This document shows, piece after piece, positions 11,401 through 20,600 of a DNA stretch of 53,199 bases. This DNA comes from a virus (taxonomy: Duplodnaviria; Caudoviricetes), in IMG/VR virus record IMGVR_UViG_3300025668_000008, positions 1 through 53,199 of that record; one strand, written 5' to 3'. Position 1 is the stretch's first letter. Each line of letters opens with the position of its first letter. Under the pieces are notes generated by a model, which had not been told where the DNA came from, did no database searches, and was given only the letters and a program-made list of their open reading frames with translations. A program made the position numbers and the translations under genes.

Positions 11401-13099
11401 ATATTCTGCACCTCCACAACAGGGTGCTACATTTGAAGGATATATTTACGTTGGTTCTAATGATGACTTTGAAGAAATTGACGTTGATCCTCCAGTAGAA
11501 AGAGGAGATATTATCCTACAAGGGAATGAAAGAAGACCTAGAGAAGTAAACTTAATCGTTAGTGCTGATAAACTTTCAGTAGGATCTTCTTTTGGGCAGA
11601 TTAATAACGTTCCTAATGCATCTAAACCTCAACTTAATGATGGCACTCAAGGATATTGGTTTACTGATCTGGTTCAATCTGCTGATGTACGAGAAACTTT
11701 ACGAGTAAGAAGATCATTACGATCTAAAATTTTAAGAATTGATGAATCTCAATATCCTATTACGCAATCAACTTTATTAACTGCACCAATTGATGAAATA
11801 GATATTTCAAATATTTCAGATAGTTTGCCTGTAAGTACGGATTTAAACTCATTTATGTCAGTGATGCTTGCTGCAAATGATAAATTTCCAATCCGTAAAT
11901 TAAATTGTATATATTCTGACTTTGGTGCTAGACAACCCACGGAAACAACTGATTATGATTTTACACCATCACAAATTGATCTTTCTGATGATACTTTCCA
12001 ATTAACGACTAATACTGGAGTTTATGATAGTCATTCTTTAGTTACAGGAACTACTGTCACTTACAGTAATCAAACAAACACTTCTCACCCTCCATTAGTT
12101 AATGGAAATACTTATTATGTTTATGTTGTAGATCAGCATAAAATTAAATTAGCAACAAATAAATCTAATTTAAATAATGGAACTTATGTAAATATTACGT
12201 CAACTGAGACAGGCACTCATAGATTTTCAGGTAAAGATGTTGATACCATCACCAATTTGACTGTTGGTTTTGATTTAAAATTTGATCAAATTATTAGATT
12301 AGATTCATCCGCATCTACAGATAGTTATGAAACACTTGTCACCGCTCCTACTGGTAAAATGGGTTCTTTATCTATTACTGAACAAGGAACTGGATTTCCA
12401 AATGGAACTACAAATGCCGTAAATATTATTTCATTACAAAATCTTAGCAGTTTTGTATTTGCGGGTGGTAATAATTATACTGATGGCGTATATACCAACG
12501 TTCAATTAACTGGCGGAAGCGGTACTGGTGCCAAAGCAGATATTGAAGTCACTAACAATTCTGTTACTAAAGTAAATATTACTTCTACTGGATCTAATAG
12601 TTACAGTGATGGTGATGTTTTAAGTGCCATTATTCCTAATGGTAGTGGTTTTTCATATACATTGGGAACTGATATTGATGGTTCTGGTACGGATGGCACT
12701 GTTAATGTTACAGTATCTTCTGGTGTTGTAACGTCTATAACTGTTGTAAATAGAGGATCTGATTATATTGATGGTCAAATTGTTGGCATTAGTGGATTTT
12801 TCAATGTAAAATTAAAAATTAGTCAAATTGATAATGTAATTTATTATGATAATGCTAGTAAAACAGCACAAATAATTAACTATGTTGCCGACGAAACTCT
12901 TCCCGGTTCGTCTTCTACGACTAGATACTTATATGTAAAACTTGATGATCCACAATTTCCAATCACAACCTATGCATCTAATAATGCTATGGGTACTGTT
13001 ACTAATGTGAAAAATACTAGTTACCAAGTACTGGATGACGATTTGATGATTGATTATCAAAAATTATCATATAATGATGATTTTATATATGATTTCTAA
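2498..13099 (+). CDS. gp7: giant baseplate wedge initiator, gp7-like (3533 aa)
   Basis: Lies between gp6 and gp8. N-terminal EYPTFVSFLKEYY and IKRIRDFYISKGT motifs; internal KIQDS..YQ.FAY...LHPAGYKIF. Many GxGY beta-repeats and FDG...F.L / V.VDG..Q modules. Confidence 0.85.
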   Translation: MFNDLKVSSSIDSQVSNYFSSEYPTFVSFLKEYYAFLETNSNPLDILGNIEKLINIDTYTSVTPYAILSVSIDANDTEIEVYEDVNFPPIDGLLKIEDEVILYKTRSVKTVNGQKRTVFSGCTRGYTYNDLDVEGVLTPNIVTVAVAHDVNNNIKVYNQAFVYILYILEKIREQYLVDFPKQALEKNLENVNVDTIIKRIRDFYISKGTPKAISFYFKFLYQENADIINYRDLLMASSDATYQNKEIVRIETLDNYPLSLLADRGCILVQGTEQFPVQTVENVFSFASQVFELEITNGRNLIPTLFTKITTAFRIVDDIAYVYVDSTYSFSREGTIRIGDKIYTYFDKEFNYFILRVSENPTLLINTNDYVYDVATLARVKELNSEVIEGSYFIIYAGVKSFEIIENSTYYQEGDLGFVTNLIDENNLAVSNWTFNDKTPIYLNQDIVAGITQIYTDPESIYVYSSSIPFYDINPNGNFLANNNLKIVDSSLFKKIPKEFNKAVDTLQEDTVPNSVVGILRDGTYIHNWKSEERIINGKIINIDIVNSGDNFSINNPPVLKIESPFIDSIGDISVTSSTTIPSQANQEYLVDGSSIVGTEARFKIVRNASGSLLSVKVVDTLSGNNYEVGSSITIDGSDVGGVSEDDDIVLEVIAIWSGTQAEAEMVVSGRVTEVYIKDGGQGYPSNTTFINVVKQPTDTVFSGDNFRDAVLAPIVVDGTITKVRIIDAGVGYTEQPTIEVTPSVNTNLATGDKTADIELQIGGPVTDVAITNSGEGYRNNPSIDIVRGLGASGILSVDEGVITSASIITGGSEYNSRPIVRVVDLSPTPGFGAILLAEWDSSSKQVQGIKILNGGIGYDEINTSIEIFEPGEDLILNTVAKFYTKVNNTNPNLSNLIKLDSGAYYSQKGITIDDQGNEIVLSEYSILTAPLKLQLTNQVTQQIENTNLSDANVHSPLIGWALDGAPIYGPYGYSNPLDDKSDPAKMRSGYKLLSQNNLEPERKANRNNGGLNTDYSYGEFEQDFEWTARNADLDKNNGRFCKTPEYPNGVYAYFMTAKTNPNVSQPEEGFPYFIGPKFAGNVYTEFNNQQFVNIESIPNLRRYLDFRSTIAPKPIDPGFFEVSSIPSSAEASLDFIDIITPGSGYKFGDVLNFNNEGTDGSDAAGFVSVLSGKLITSVTKATYDYLEYKTELGTFNVGDQIKSLEGFTATIYSVDSANQNLYLSNVSGDIPNPENRDSFYNTSLTFDTQSVSELVGPDITQPVVPATLKLALLNETSGIKINQTTFLIDNFNSSTTINDFAPSSGNPVYIQINSEIMKVIAVQGTNRLLVSRGINSVPSVHINNSNVTILSSVEVYDSSKYSIGDYIQINSEKMRVIDTVIEKNVDNEVVAVRIDDTTGTQGGIQYYLYFNGYIQNNAGDTATVVSLNGDGDIEDITFTPGAENYISNPIVYLSTNSSYSGTSVNDAPPNIVNSVSLIATTYKHTLIVERAALATVLADHNPRTEVQRLFFSAAETLKYEENRIVTKLNSSDNGLVINDFVSISASTENEESFEVYQPLNQQLRLSTNVAFNGEYPNGLTLYENSKYIFNVLYTNANYQNIEVRFFTPGIATRKEYFDIKIEKEFNTSGKLTKFVLIPDDSDLSKINMEVKNIANDSITVISLTILSEPINGSYNVINSGSSFFEVYSEQDPDPENVLLGQYNSSKISYTTTSKTASGPIERVTLTNNGVNYQQVPEINSIITVDGEGAILEAVSEKVGTIRSVKAINSGYGYNPDPTQKPTLIFPVIAKLKNNFTVDSVVINDPGEGYLFSPRMKVVGGGLQDDSVNHARFSSDINSRIISNVNVLNRGTRYSSAPTLTAEKYYYISNISGSDINFNINFKQFFQEGDPFRVRAYYFADANDQANQVYSFIESTTFYAFLGNVSLKAREQGGNVNLSVLDPTYWLGEDIATIITTTGVYYEAVNFARNAQFNILIKKSPYSAGEKVNIIRNLGGITTSIGSGEISNINGWQENNSILRITGITTKIQTEDEIIGVNTLAVGVVDQIFSVETSAVLDSIVQTQKQFIDDGSFLGSNALKIQDSKRYQKFAYQVGVQTPFVNWKENYENALHPAGYKIFSKTEVISPDLGQITKSQDTIGTVGTTSAELAQLRRKYNFLVAKNENIFDSVIVENKLLTDVLNIKTSIVGVFEDISDQFDGVETLFELKVIDPVTPRKNGNPNYINDYQVNQMVVLLDNIIQTYGTSWEIIDADKVIDFNAQQLSGDPMPDGEVLRYRQFNESNSIYTMNQTSIANNSVFNLNQTDGSVWPAGVFASIDKDEYLVFVDGIVQRNDNFAVSAGGGTPTITFTDDDVSNTPIVLPVGTQISVRQSNSFIKNELYTGSGGVFTPGSVSVGTPVVLSNKTSGPASKQDYFVFVDGVLISPDDYSLDGNKDILFDYGFNYDTLIVLIDTNGVSLSELYHGISATKYVYKIEDGQLEVPIGFVIKPEQYIIDISGVVQTPHIVYNTRSSGVRKIRFFEPPTRYIIPDVASDRTEIGRQFIGFLYERLDPQGDTTTPNYQFDDVSISRIHVKEGYDNFITGDYINTSTSSAVIKRKEENVIIKSVSLGSSGSLASGATADITISSTLKVYVGDRVFFNSAFGLTSENNDELEITAINGNVITLTNISSSALPLYNVPTSGTIRFIHRELVVIDIATTEADRDDAFVDTDVLESGIVSSLRTGVQTLTNEPFAALVADTEITVDDASGFTTNDYLLINEVEIVKITNISTNTLTVDRSQLSTSAVLHPDGVVVEKITPYTLTVKSFVRGFDNDKTIFKLLENGAPVNIGTDKDIFVIVNGILQKKGGNNSYVINILGTAPNQYSVLSFTEAPPEGAPLNVFYLGEVKPLKDMSVLFNGTDRAFNLINPTNDEVFSLIAKSRPAANISANLIIFIDGSLQIPSTEEAGRVPAYPNSLVSYKLFGSIVEYSAPPQQGATFEGYIYVGSNDDFEEIDVDPPVERGDIILQGNERRPREVNLIVSADKLSVGSSFGQINNVPNASKPQLNDGTQGYWFTDLVQSADVRETLRVRRSLRSKILRIDESQYPITQSTLLTAPIDEIDISNISDSLPVSTDLNSFMSVMLAANDKFPIRKLNCIYSDFGARQPTETTDYDFTPSQIDLSDDTFQLTTNTGVYDSHSLVTGTTVTYSNQTNTSHPPLVNGNTYYVYVVDQHKIKLATNKSNLNNGTYVNITSTETGTHRFSGKDVDTITNLTVGFDLKFDQIIRLDSSASTDSYETLVTAPTGKMGSLSITEQGTGFPNGTTNAVNIISLQNLSSFVFAGGNNYTDGVYTNVQLTGGSGTGAKADIEVTNNSVTKVNITSTGSNSYSDGDVLSAIIPNGSGFSYTLGTDIDGSGTDGTVNVTVSSGVVTSITVVNRGSDYIDGQIVGISGFFNVKLKISQIDNVIYYDNASKTAQIINYVADETLPGSSSTTRYLYVKLDDPQFPITTYASNNAMGTVTNVKNTSYQVLDDDLMIDYQKLSYNDDFIYDF
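5360..5728 (+). other. YHYH-family-like domain inside gp7
   Basis: HSPLIGWALDGAPIYGPYG...DLDKNNGRF...YAYF...FPYFIGP follows the YHYH family pattern, but the namesake motif reads YAYF. Confidence 0.7.
6424..6632 (+). repeat. 38-nt imperfect direct repeat (6424-6461 and 6595-6632) encoding YIQINSE.M.VI
   Basis: ttatattcaaattaattctgaaa is identical for 23 nt; 35 of 38 nt match overall. Confidence 0.85.
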
Positions 13100-13103
13100 C
13101 CCC

Positions 13104-13111
13104 TATAAATA
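13104..13111 (+). promoter_or_regulatory. T4-type late promoter TATAAATA
   Basis: Exact consensus in the gp7-gp8 spacer, followed by an AAGGA RBS-like motif. Confidence 0.85.
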
Positions 13112-13130
13112 AAAGGAAACCGTTCAAGCG

Positions 13131-14606
13131 ATGGCAGCGATACTTACTGATAAATTTAGGGTTCTACTTGCCGAAAGGTTTAAAGAACGTGTCACTCTGG
13201 ATGAAAGCAATTCTAGTAAAACTGGATTGTGGTTATTTTTTGCACGACCTAGAGAATGGACAGATTATCTTGGTAATCCAGTAAACCAACCAGAAAGTCC
13301 TGTAGATAATCAGGAAACTGAATTTGAAATTTTTGATTATATCATTGGATTAAAAAAAGTTCCACCTTCCGAAGTGAGGCAGGTAATTAGAAATAATAAG
13401 TGGACTAGTGGTCAAGTATATGATTACTTTAGACATGATTATGGTTCTGTTGTAGATAGAACTCAAAATAACGGAAACACTATTGTATACCAGACAGGTG
13501 TTTCTAATGAAGCAAAACTTTATGAAACCAATCATTATGTAGTTACTTCTGAATATAAAGTTTATAAGTGTTTAGATAACTCCAGTGATTCTGCATCGAC
13601 TGTAGAACCTTCATCTACTTCACAATCTCCATTTATACTTGGTGATGGATATACTTGGAAGTATATGTTTACTGTTAATGCAAGTGATTTTGAAAAATTT
13701 AAAAGTGATGAATATATTCCTGTTCCAGAAATTTCAGAAGTTACTAATAGGATTAATGCTAGTAGTAACTATGGTGGAGCAATTTATAAAGTAAATATTA
13801 AAACACCTGGAAGTGGTTATAGTACTGGAGATGTATTTAATATCATTGGTGATGGTACAAATGGTCAGGTAAGAGTAACTACAGTAAGTTCTTCTGGTGG
13901 AATTACTGGATTAAAAATTGTTAATCCAGGAACTGGTTATACTTATGGACAAATTGATTCTACTCTTATTGTAAACAGTCAAAATACTGAGCAATCAGGA
14001 ACTGGAACTGGTGCAGCATTAACCCCAATTATTTCATCAAAAGAAGGTGTTGCGGTAGATTTTGCAAAAGAACTTGGTGCAAACCGAATTGTTCTTCATG
14101 CTAGATTAGAACCAGACGATTTTGTATTTAAGAATGACTTTACTGTTGTTGGAATAATTATGAACCCCCAATTTACGGGGAGTCCAACAAGTACAGCAAT
14201 TGGTACTCACGTACTAACATTAGATGCTGAACTTCCTGGTGTAAATGATCCTACTAGTTTAGAAGATGACCAAATTAGAGTTACCGGTGGAGCAGTTGGT
14301 GATCCAGTAGCAACTGGTTCTGTTGTTCATTATGAAGATGATGGTGTTGTTAGGAAAATTTATTTCATACAAGAAAATGTATTAAATTATGGATTAGATT
14401 CAAGAGGTGTGAGAACATCTTTTGAGAGAAATAATCCTATTGCTATTGGTTCAAGTATAACTGGATTAATCGCAGATCAAGTGGATGCAGTATCTGCCCC
14501 TCAACTAGTTAGAGGGTCTGGAGATATCATCTACATAGATAATAGGAATAAAATTTCCAGAGCAGACGATCAGACCGAAGATTTCAAAATTATTTTAGAG
14601 TTCTAA
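13131..14606 (+). CDS. gp8: baseplate wedge subunit gp8
   Basis: MAAILTDKFR, W..G..YD.FRHDY, YKVYKCLDN, DGYTWKYMFT and C-terminal SGDIIYIDNR..ISRA.DQTEDFKIILEF motifs. Confidence 0.92.
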   Translation: MAAILTDKFRVLLAERFKERVTLDESNSSKTGLWLFFARPREWTDYLGNPVNQPESPVDNQETEFEIFDYIIGLKKVPPSEVRQVIRNNKWTSGQVYDYFRHDYGSVVDRTQNNGNTIVYQTGVSNEAKLYETNHYVVTSEYKVYKCLDNSSDSASTVEPSSTSQSPFILGDGYTWKYMFTVNASDFEKFKSDEYIPVPEISEVTNRINASSNYGGAIYKVNIKTPGSGYSTGDVFNIIGDGTNGQVRVTTVSSSGGITGLKIVNPGTGYTYGQIDSTLIVNSQNTEQSGTGTGAALTPIISSKEGVAVDFAKELGANRIVLHARLEPDDFVFKNDFTVVGIIMNPQFTGSPTSTAIGTHVLTLDAELPGVNDPTSLEDDQIRVTGGAVGDPVATGSVVHYEDDGVVRKIYFIQENVLNYGLDSRGVRTSFERNNPIAIGSSITGLIADQVDAVSAPQLVRGSGDIIYIDNRNKISRADDQTEDFKIILEF

Positions 14607-14609
14607 AAG

Positions 14610-17600
14610 ATGCCCCAGTCAACTAATCTGAATACTCCTCCATACTTTGAGGATTTCAATTCTGACGATAATTTTCATAAAGTACTTTTTCGTCCTGGGT
14701 TTCCTCTTCAGGCGAGAGAATTAACGTCATTGCAATCTATTTTACAGGATCAGATTGAAAAATTTGGTTCTAGTATTTACAAGGATGGCGCAATGGTCAT
14801 TCCTGGACAGGTTGGATATGACTTAAAATACAATGCAATTTTAATTGAAGATGAATACTTTGGTATTCAATCAAACACTTTAGTTTCCAATAAAAATGCA
14901 GACGGAACTCCTGTTGTTGTTGGTAAAACTATTAGAGGAAATACTTCTGGAGTAAAAGCAAAAATTGTTAACGCTTTATCTTCAGACCAATCTGAAAAAG
15001 GTAAAGCAACTCTTTATATTAAATATATCAATGCTGGTAATACTCCTGTAGATGGTGTTCAATATACCACATTTCAAGATGATGAAATTCTTCTGACGGA
15101 AGAAACTTTTTCTTTAGGAACAACTGTAATTCAGGAAAATACTGACTTTGCTAAATGTGTTACTTCACAAGCAACTTTTGTAGGATCTTCAGCAAAAATT
15201 ACTGCAGGTATTTATTTCATTAAAGGTAATTTTGTAACTGTACCTGGGCAAGAAGTCATTCTGGATCAATTTGGTGTAACACCATCATATAGAGTTGGAC
15301 TACAAGTTTTAGAAGAAATTATCACTCCAGAAATTGATAATTCTTTAAATGATCCCTCACAGGGATACTCTAACTATTCTGCTCCTGGAGCACATAGATT
15401 AAAATTTAGAACAATATTAACTAAAAAAGCATTAGATGATACTACTGTTATCAATTTTATTGAACTGCTTAAACTTGAAGAAGGTAAGTGTCAAGAAATT
15501 GTAAGTACTTCTAAAGCACAAATTGCTGCTACTTTAGAAGATACCCTTGCTAGGAGAACTTTTGATGAATCTGGAGATTATGAAGTAACTCCATATGAGT
15601 TCTCTACTCAAGAATGTTTAGACAATGGTAGAAATAATGGGGTATTTGAAATTAATCAGCAAACTGATAATGATGTATTGGCGTCGGATGATCTATTTGA
15701 AATTGTTGCTTCTCCTGGCAAATCTTATGTTCGTGGATATGAAATTGAAACTATTGCAAACACCTATGTAGATATTGAAAAACCAAGAACTACAGAGGAA
15801 CAAAATAATAGAACTATTTCTACAGATGGTAGAGGTGTTAGATTTAATTTGGAACCTAATCTGAAGGTTTCACAACCAGATCTTTCATCAGTTCTTGGTG
15901 ATGTCAATAGAACAATATATTTAAAAGAAGATGTATCTACTGTTATTGGATATGCAAGTTTAATTAATTATGTCCAAAATAGTAGTGACAATTATATTAG
16001 TTTGTCAAATATTGTCATTACTACAGCAAGTAAGAAAATAAAAGATGTAACTATTTTAGGAGTTGGTGCAGCAACAGGCAATGATTATAATTTAACTGTT
16101 CAGGCAGGTGCTAGCAAAATTACTGGTCAATTTAGTCCATCATTCTTTGAGGTATATGGAGATAATGATATTAAGGCAATTACTGATCTTAAAGTACAAG
16201 ATGTACTGACTCATTACACCGGCACTACTACTGGAAATGATATTTCAGTTGATGGGGAATATTATTCAACATCTGCCGGTGATTATACTATCAGATTGTC
16301 TGGTGAAAATACGGAAACATTAGCACTAACAATTAATTCTGTTACTGCCGGTACTTTAACTGCTACTGTTACTGGAAGATCTGGTAGTGGTAATGTAGCA
16401 TTTACTTTAATTGGTCCTCAAAAAATTAGTGAACCTAATGTTACTTTATCTTCTTTACAGAAGATGAGAATTCTTAAATTAGAAAATCTTTCTGGCAGCA
16501 AGTATGATGTTGATGCTGAAATTCTTCGTCTAGGTTTAACCCGTGTACGTAAAGTTCATGCAATTTATAATACAGACACTATAGAAGAGGCAATTCCAGA
16601 ACTCACTTTAGAAAGTGGTAGCGGAACATTTGAGGTTGGTGCTATTATTGAAGGTGTAAGTAGTGGTGCTAAAGCACGTATTTTAAGGCAAAATGGAACT
16701 GCTGTTAATTTTACTTACATTGGAAAAATTAGATTTGTAGTAACGGAAGAGATTAAATCAAAAGAAACAGGTCTTGTTAGAAGAATTAATTCTATTGATA
16801 ATAATGGTGCCATTAACATTAAAAAAAGATATAAGTTTAGAGATGGTCAAAGTGCCCAGTCATTTAATTGGTCATACTTAAAGAAAAGATCTTCTGCCAG
16901 TAAAATAAATGGCACCCTATGGGTTGTATTAGATTGGTTCAAAGATGAAGTGCCGGGTAAATTTTATACAGTCAATTCTTATTATGATGCAGATTATAAA
17001 GAAATTCCTTACTACCCTATTAGAGGGGAGAGAATTTATCTCAGTAACTTGATTGATTGGAGAACTAATCAATCAAATATTCTTTCTAATGATGGATCCT
17101 ACGATAGTCCATTCGCTATCAATGCATCTGATATTGCAGCATCTACAACTTTAGAAGATTTTGAAAATAGAAACTATAATTTTAATTCATATCTCACACC
17201 ATCGGGAACTACTGATGGAGACATTGAATATTACTTAGGTAGAATTGACGATCTTTACCTAGACAAAAATGGTAAATTTATTAATAAGCAAGGTATTCCA
17301 TCATTAGTGCCCGAAGAACCTGAAGAATCTTTAGCAAATGCTATGAAGGTTGGTCAAATTACCATGCCTGCATATGTCAGAAATCTTAATAAGGTAACGT
17401 TTAAAAGGTCTACTAATAGACGTTATACCATGAAAGATATTGGTAAACTAGAGGATAGAATTGATAACGTTGAATATTATACTCAATTAAGTTTACTTGA
17501 GAGTGATACTGCTAATTTGTTTATTAGTGATGCTAACGGATTAAACCGTTTAAAGAATGGATTCCTTGTTGACAATTTCACATCACATGATATTGGCGAT

Positions 17601-20600
17601 CCATTACATCCAAACTATAATTGTGCTATTGATTCTGCATTTGGTGAACTTAGACCTCAACATTATACAACTAATGTATCTTTAGTTTATAAGGAAGAAC
17701 CAACTAATTACATTAAGGGTGATCTCTTAATGCTTGATTATACTGACAAATTGTTAGTTGAACAACCTTATGCTGCAGTTTCTGAAAATGTAAACCCATT
17801 TGCTGTTGTGTCTTGGGTAGGGTTAATGAATATATTTCCAGCATCTGATGACTGGATTGATGAGAAAAGATTGCCTGAAACTCTTACACCAGTTGAAGGT
17901 GATTTCACAGCAACATTAATGCAAATGGGTGCTGATCCAAATAGTGGATTTGCTCCAGTACAATGGAATGCATGGAGAACTCAATGGTCTAGCACTAGTA
18001 GTTCATCTAGCACTCGTAGGGAAAGTAGAAATCAAGCTCCATGGGTTAGAAATGTCACTAGAACTAGTTCTTCTACTACAACTGCTCAATCTAGAACTGG
18101 AATTAGAACGAGAGTTACACCAAGACAAGATAGAAGAGTTCTTGGCGATAGAGTCGTAGACACTACGTTCTCCAGATGGAAGAGATCTAGAAACTTCTCA
18201 GCAACTGCATATAGATTAAAACCAAATGTAAGAGTATATGCATTTATGGAAGGTAGAAATATTTCTACTTATACCACTCCAAAAATTATTGAAATTCAAA
18301 TGCGTAGTAGCACTGCTTTTGATAAAAATGAAGATATTGCACTTTCAGGAAGAAGAAGAGGTAGAAAATTTAGATGTAAGTTAGGTGGACCGAAAGGTGG
18401 AATTGCTAAACTTAACAAACCTTATAGTGTAGATCCATATACAGGAAATCCTATTACTATTAACGATTATAATACCTCTTCAACATTCCTGAATTTAAAT
18501 ATTGCATCTATGCAACAATTATCAGGATCAAACTATGGTGGTTACCTAATTGAAGGTGATATCATTATTGGTCTTACATCTGGTGCAACTGCAAAGGTCA
18601 CTAAAAAACACTTTATTGCAGATGAAAAAGGCAATTTACGTACTAGCACTTTTATTCCAGATCCCTCAGGCGATGGCAATCCTAGGTGGAAGACAGGAGA
18701 TTCTGTAGTTAGATTTACAGATAGTCCTACCAACTCTATGATTCCTGGCGTTGTTGATAGTTCTGCTGAAAATACTTATAGTGCAAGAGGAACAATTCTT
18801 ACAAAGCAGCAAGATACGCTTCTCGTTAGAAATGCAGATGTTACTAGGGATGTTGTAACTGATAGTAGAATTATTTCTTCTAGTAGAACTAGTACTAGGG
18901 CAGGTGGTTGGTTTGACCCTCTTGCACAATCATTCTTAGTTGAAGAGCAAGGTGGATGTTTTATTTCTAAAATTGACGTATATTTTAGAACCAAAGATTC
19001 CAATCTTCCAGTAACAATGCAAATTCGCGAAATGGTGAATGGTTATCCATCTCCAACAGTTCTTGCTACCGAAAACAAAGATCCTTCTGATGTCAATCTA
19101 TCTGATGATGCTAAAACAAATACCACTTTTGTATTTGAAACTCCTGTGTATTTGGCAGAAAGAAAAGAGTATTGTTTTGTACTCTTAACATCTTCAGTTG
19201 AATATAATGTTTGGTTGTCTGAAATGGGTAAAGATGATTTGAATGGTGAAAGAATCTCCAAACAACCCTATGCAGGTGTTTTGTTTAAATCTCAAAATGC
19301 ATCTACTTGGACTACTGCTGAATATCAGGATATGAAGTTCAAGATCTTTAGATGTAAATTTAAAACAAATGAAACTCCAACAATTGATTTTGTTGCTGAT
19401 AATAGTGGAAACCTTTTCTATAGAGAACTTAGAGAAGATCCTATCGAACTTACCGTTAATGAGAGTGGCACATCACGCGGATATCTAAAAGTCAATCATA
19501 AAAATCATGGTCTTCATGACGAGTCCTCTTTTGTAGAACTTAGAGGTGTTTCTAGTGGTATTCAAACATCACTTGCTGCGAATTGGAGTGGTTCAACTGC
19601 TCAGGCAATTTCATTAACAGATACGTCTGGAACTGATGCAGTTAGAACCCTATTTACTGCGGGATCACCAGAAATGATCTTTGACTCTGGTTCTAGTCCT
19701 ACTAGAAATGGTATTCTTGGAGCAACTCCAAGTGCTGTAAATCCAGGTTATATTTCTATTGGAGGATATGTCTATTCTTACGATCCTAATGCAGTTGGTA
19801 CTGTAACTTCAGGTGAATTTGACATTCCATTACTTTCAAAAATTACTGAAGATAATGTACCTTCAGGTGGATTCAAAAGTAATGATGAGTGGGAAGTAGA
19901 ATTGTATGTTAAAAATGGTATCCCACTTACTTTGATTAACAAAATTCATCAAAATTTAAAATTTATTACTCTTGATAGTTATCAACTTGATTTTAATTCT
20001 TATAGAAGAAATATTGATGCTGATAATGTAACTTTTGGTGGGGATGAAGTAACTGCAAGTACTAACTTACAGTACACATCATTTATGCCTACAATTGCAT
20101 TTAAAGAACTTCCAGGAACATCTGTTGTTAGTAATTTTAAAGGAACTTCAGGAACTTCAATCGGAGATGGTGAATATTCTTTACCCACTCCAAATGTAAA
20201 AAATTGGTATAGAGATTCATATAAGAAAGATTCAAATTACAAGCAAGTTCGTATTAATGAAAATAATTACGTAAATCGACCAAAAGTTATTGCATCTTTG
20301 ATTAATGAGCAGAGGCAAATGTCTAATGCTAATTCGTTTGATTTTAGAATTAAATTAAGTAGTGAATCCGACAATTTGAGTCCTGTAATTGATACAGATA
20401 GAGTTAGTTTAATTACTACAAATAATAGAATTGATAATTTTGATGGATCCACTCGAAGTGCATTTTTTGCAGATAACTTAAGTGCCAATTATACTATTGG
20501 TGAATCTGCAGAAGAAGATTTTAATTCTGCAATTTATATTACTAAACTTGTTACTCTTGCTCAAGAGTGTACTTCTTTGAAAGTTATTCTTTCTGCATTT

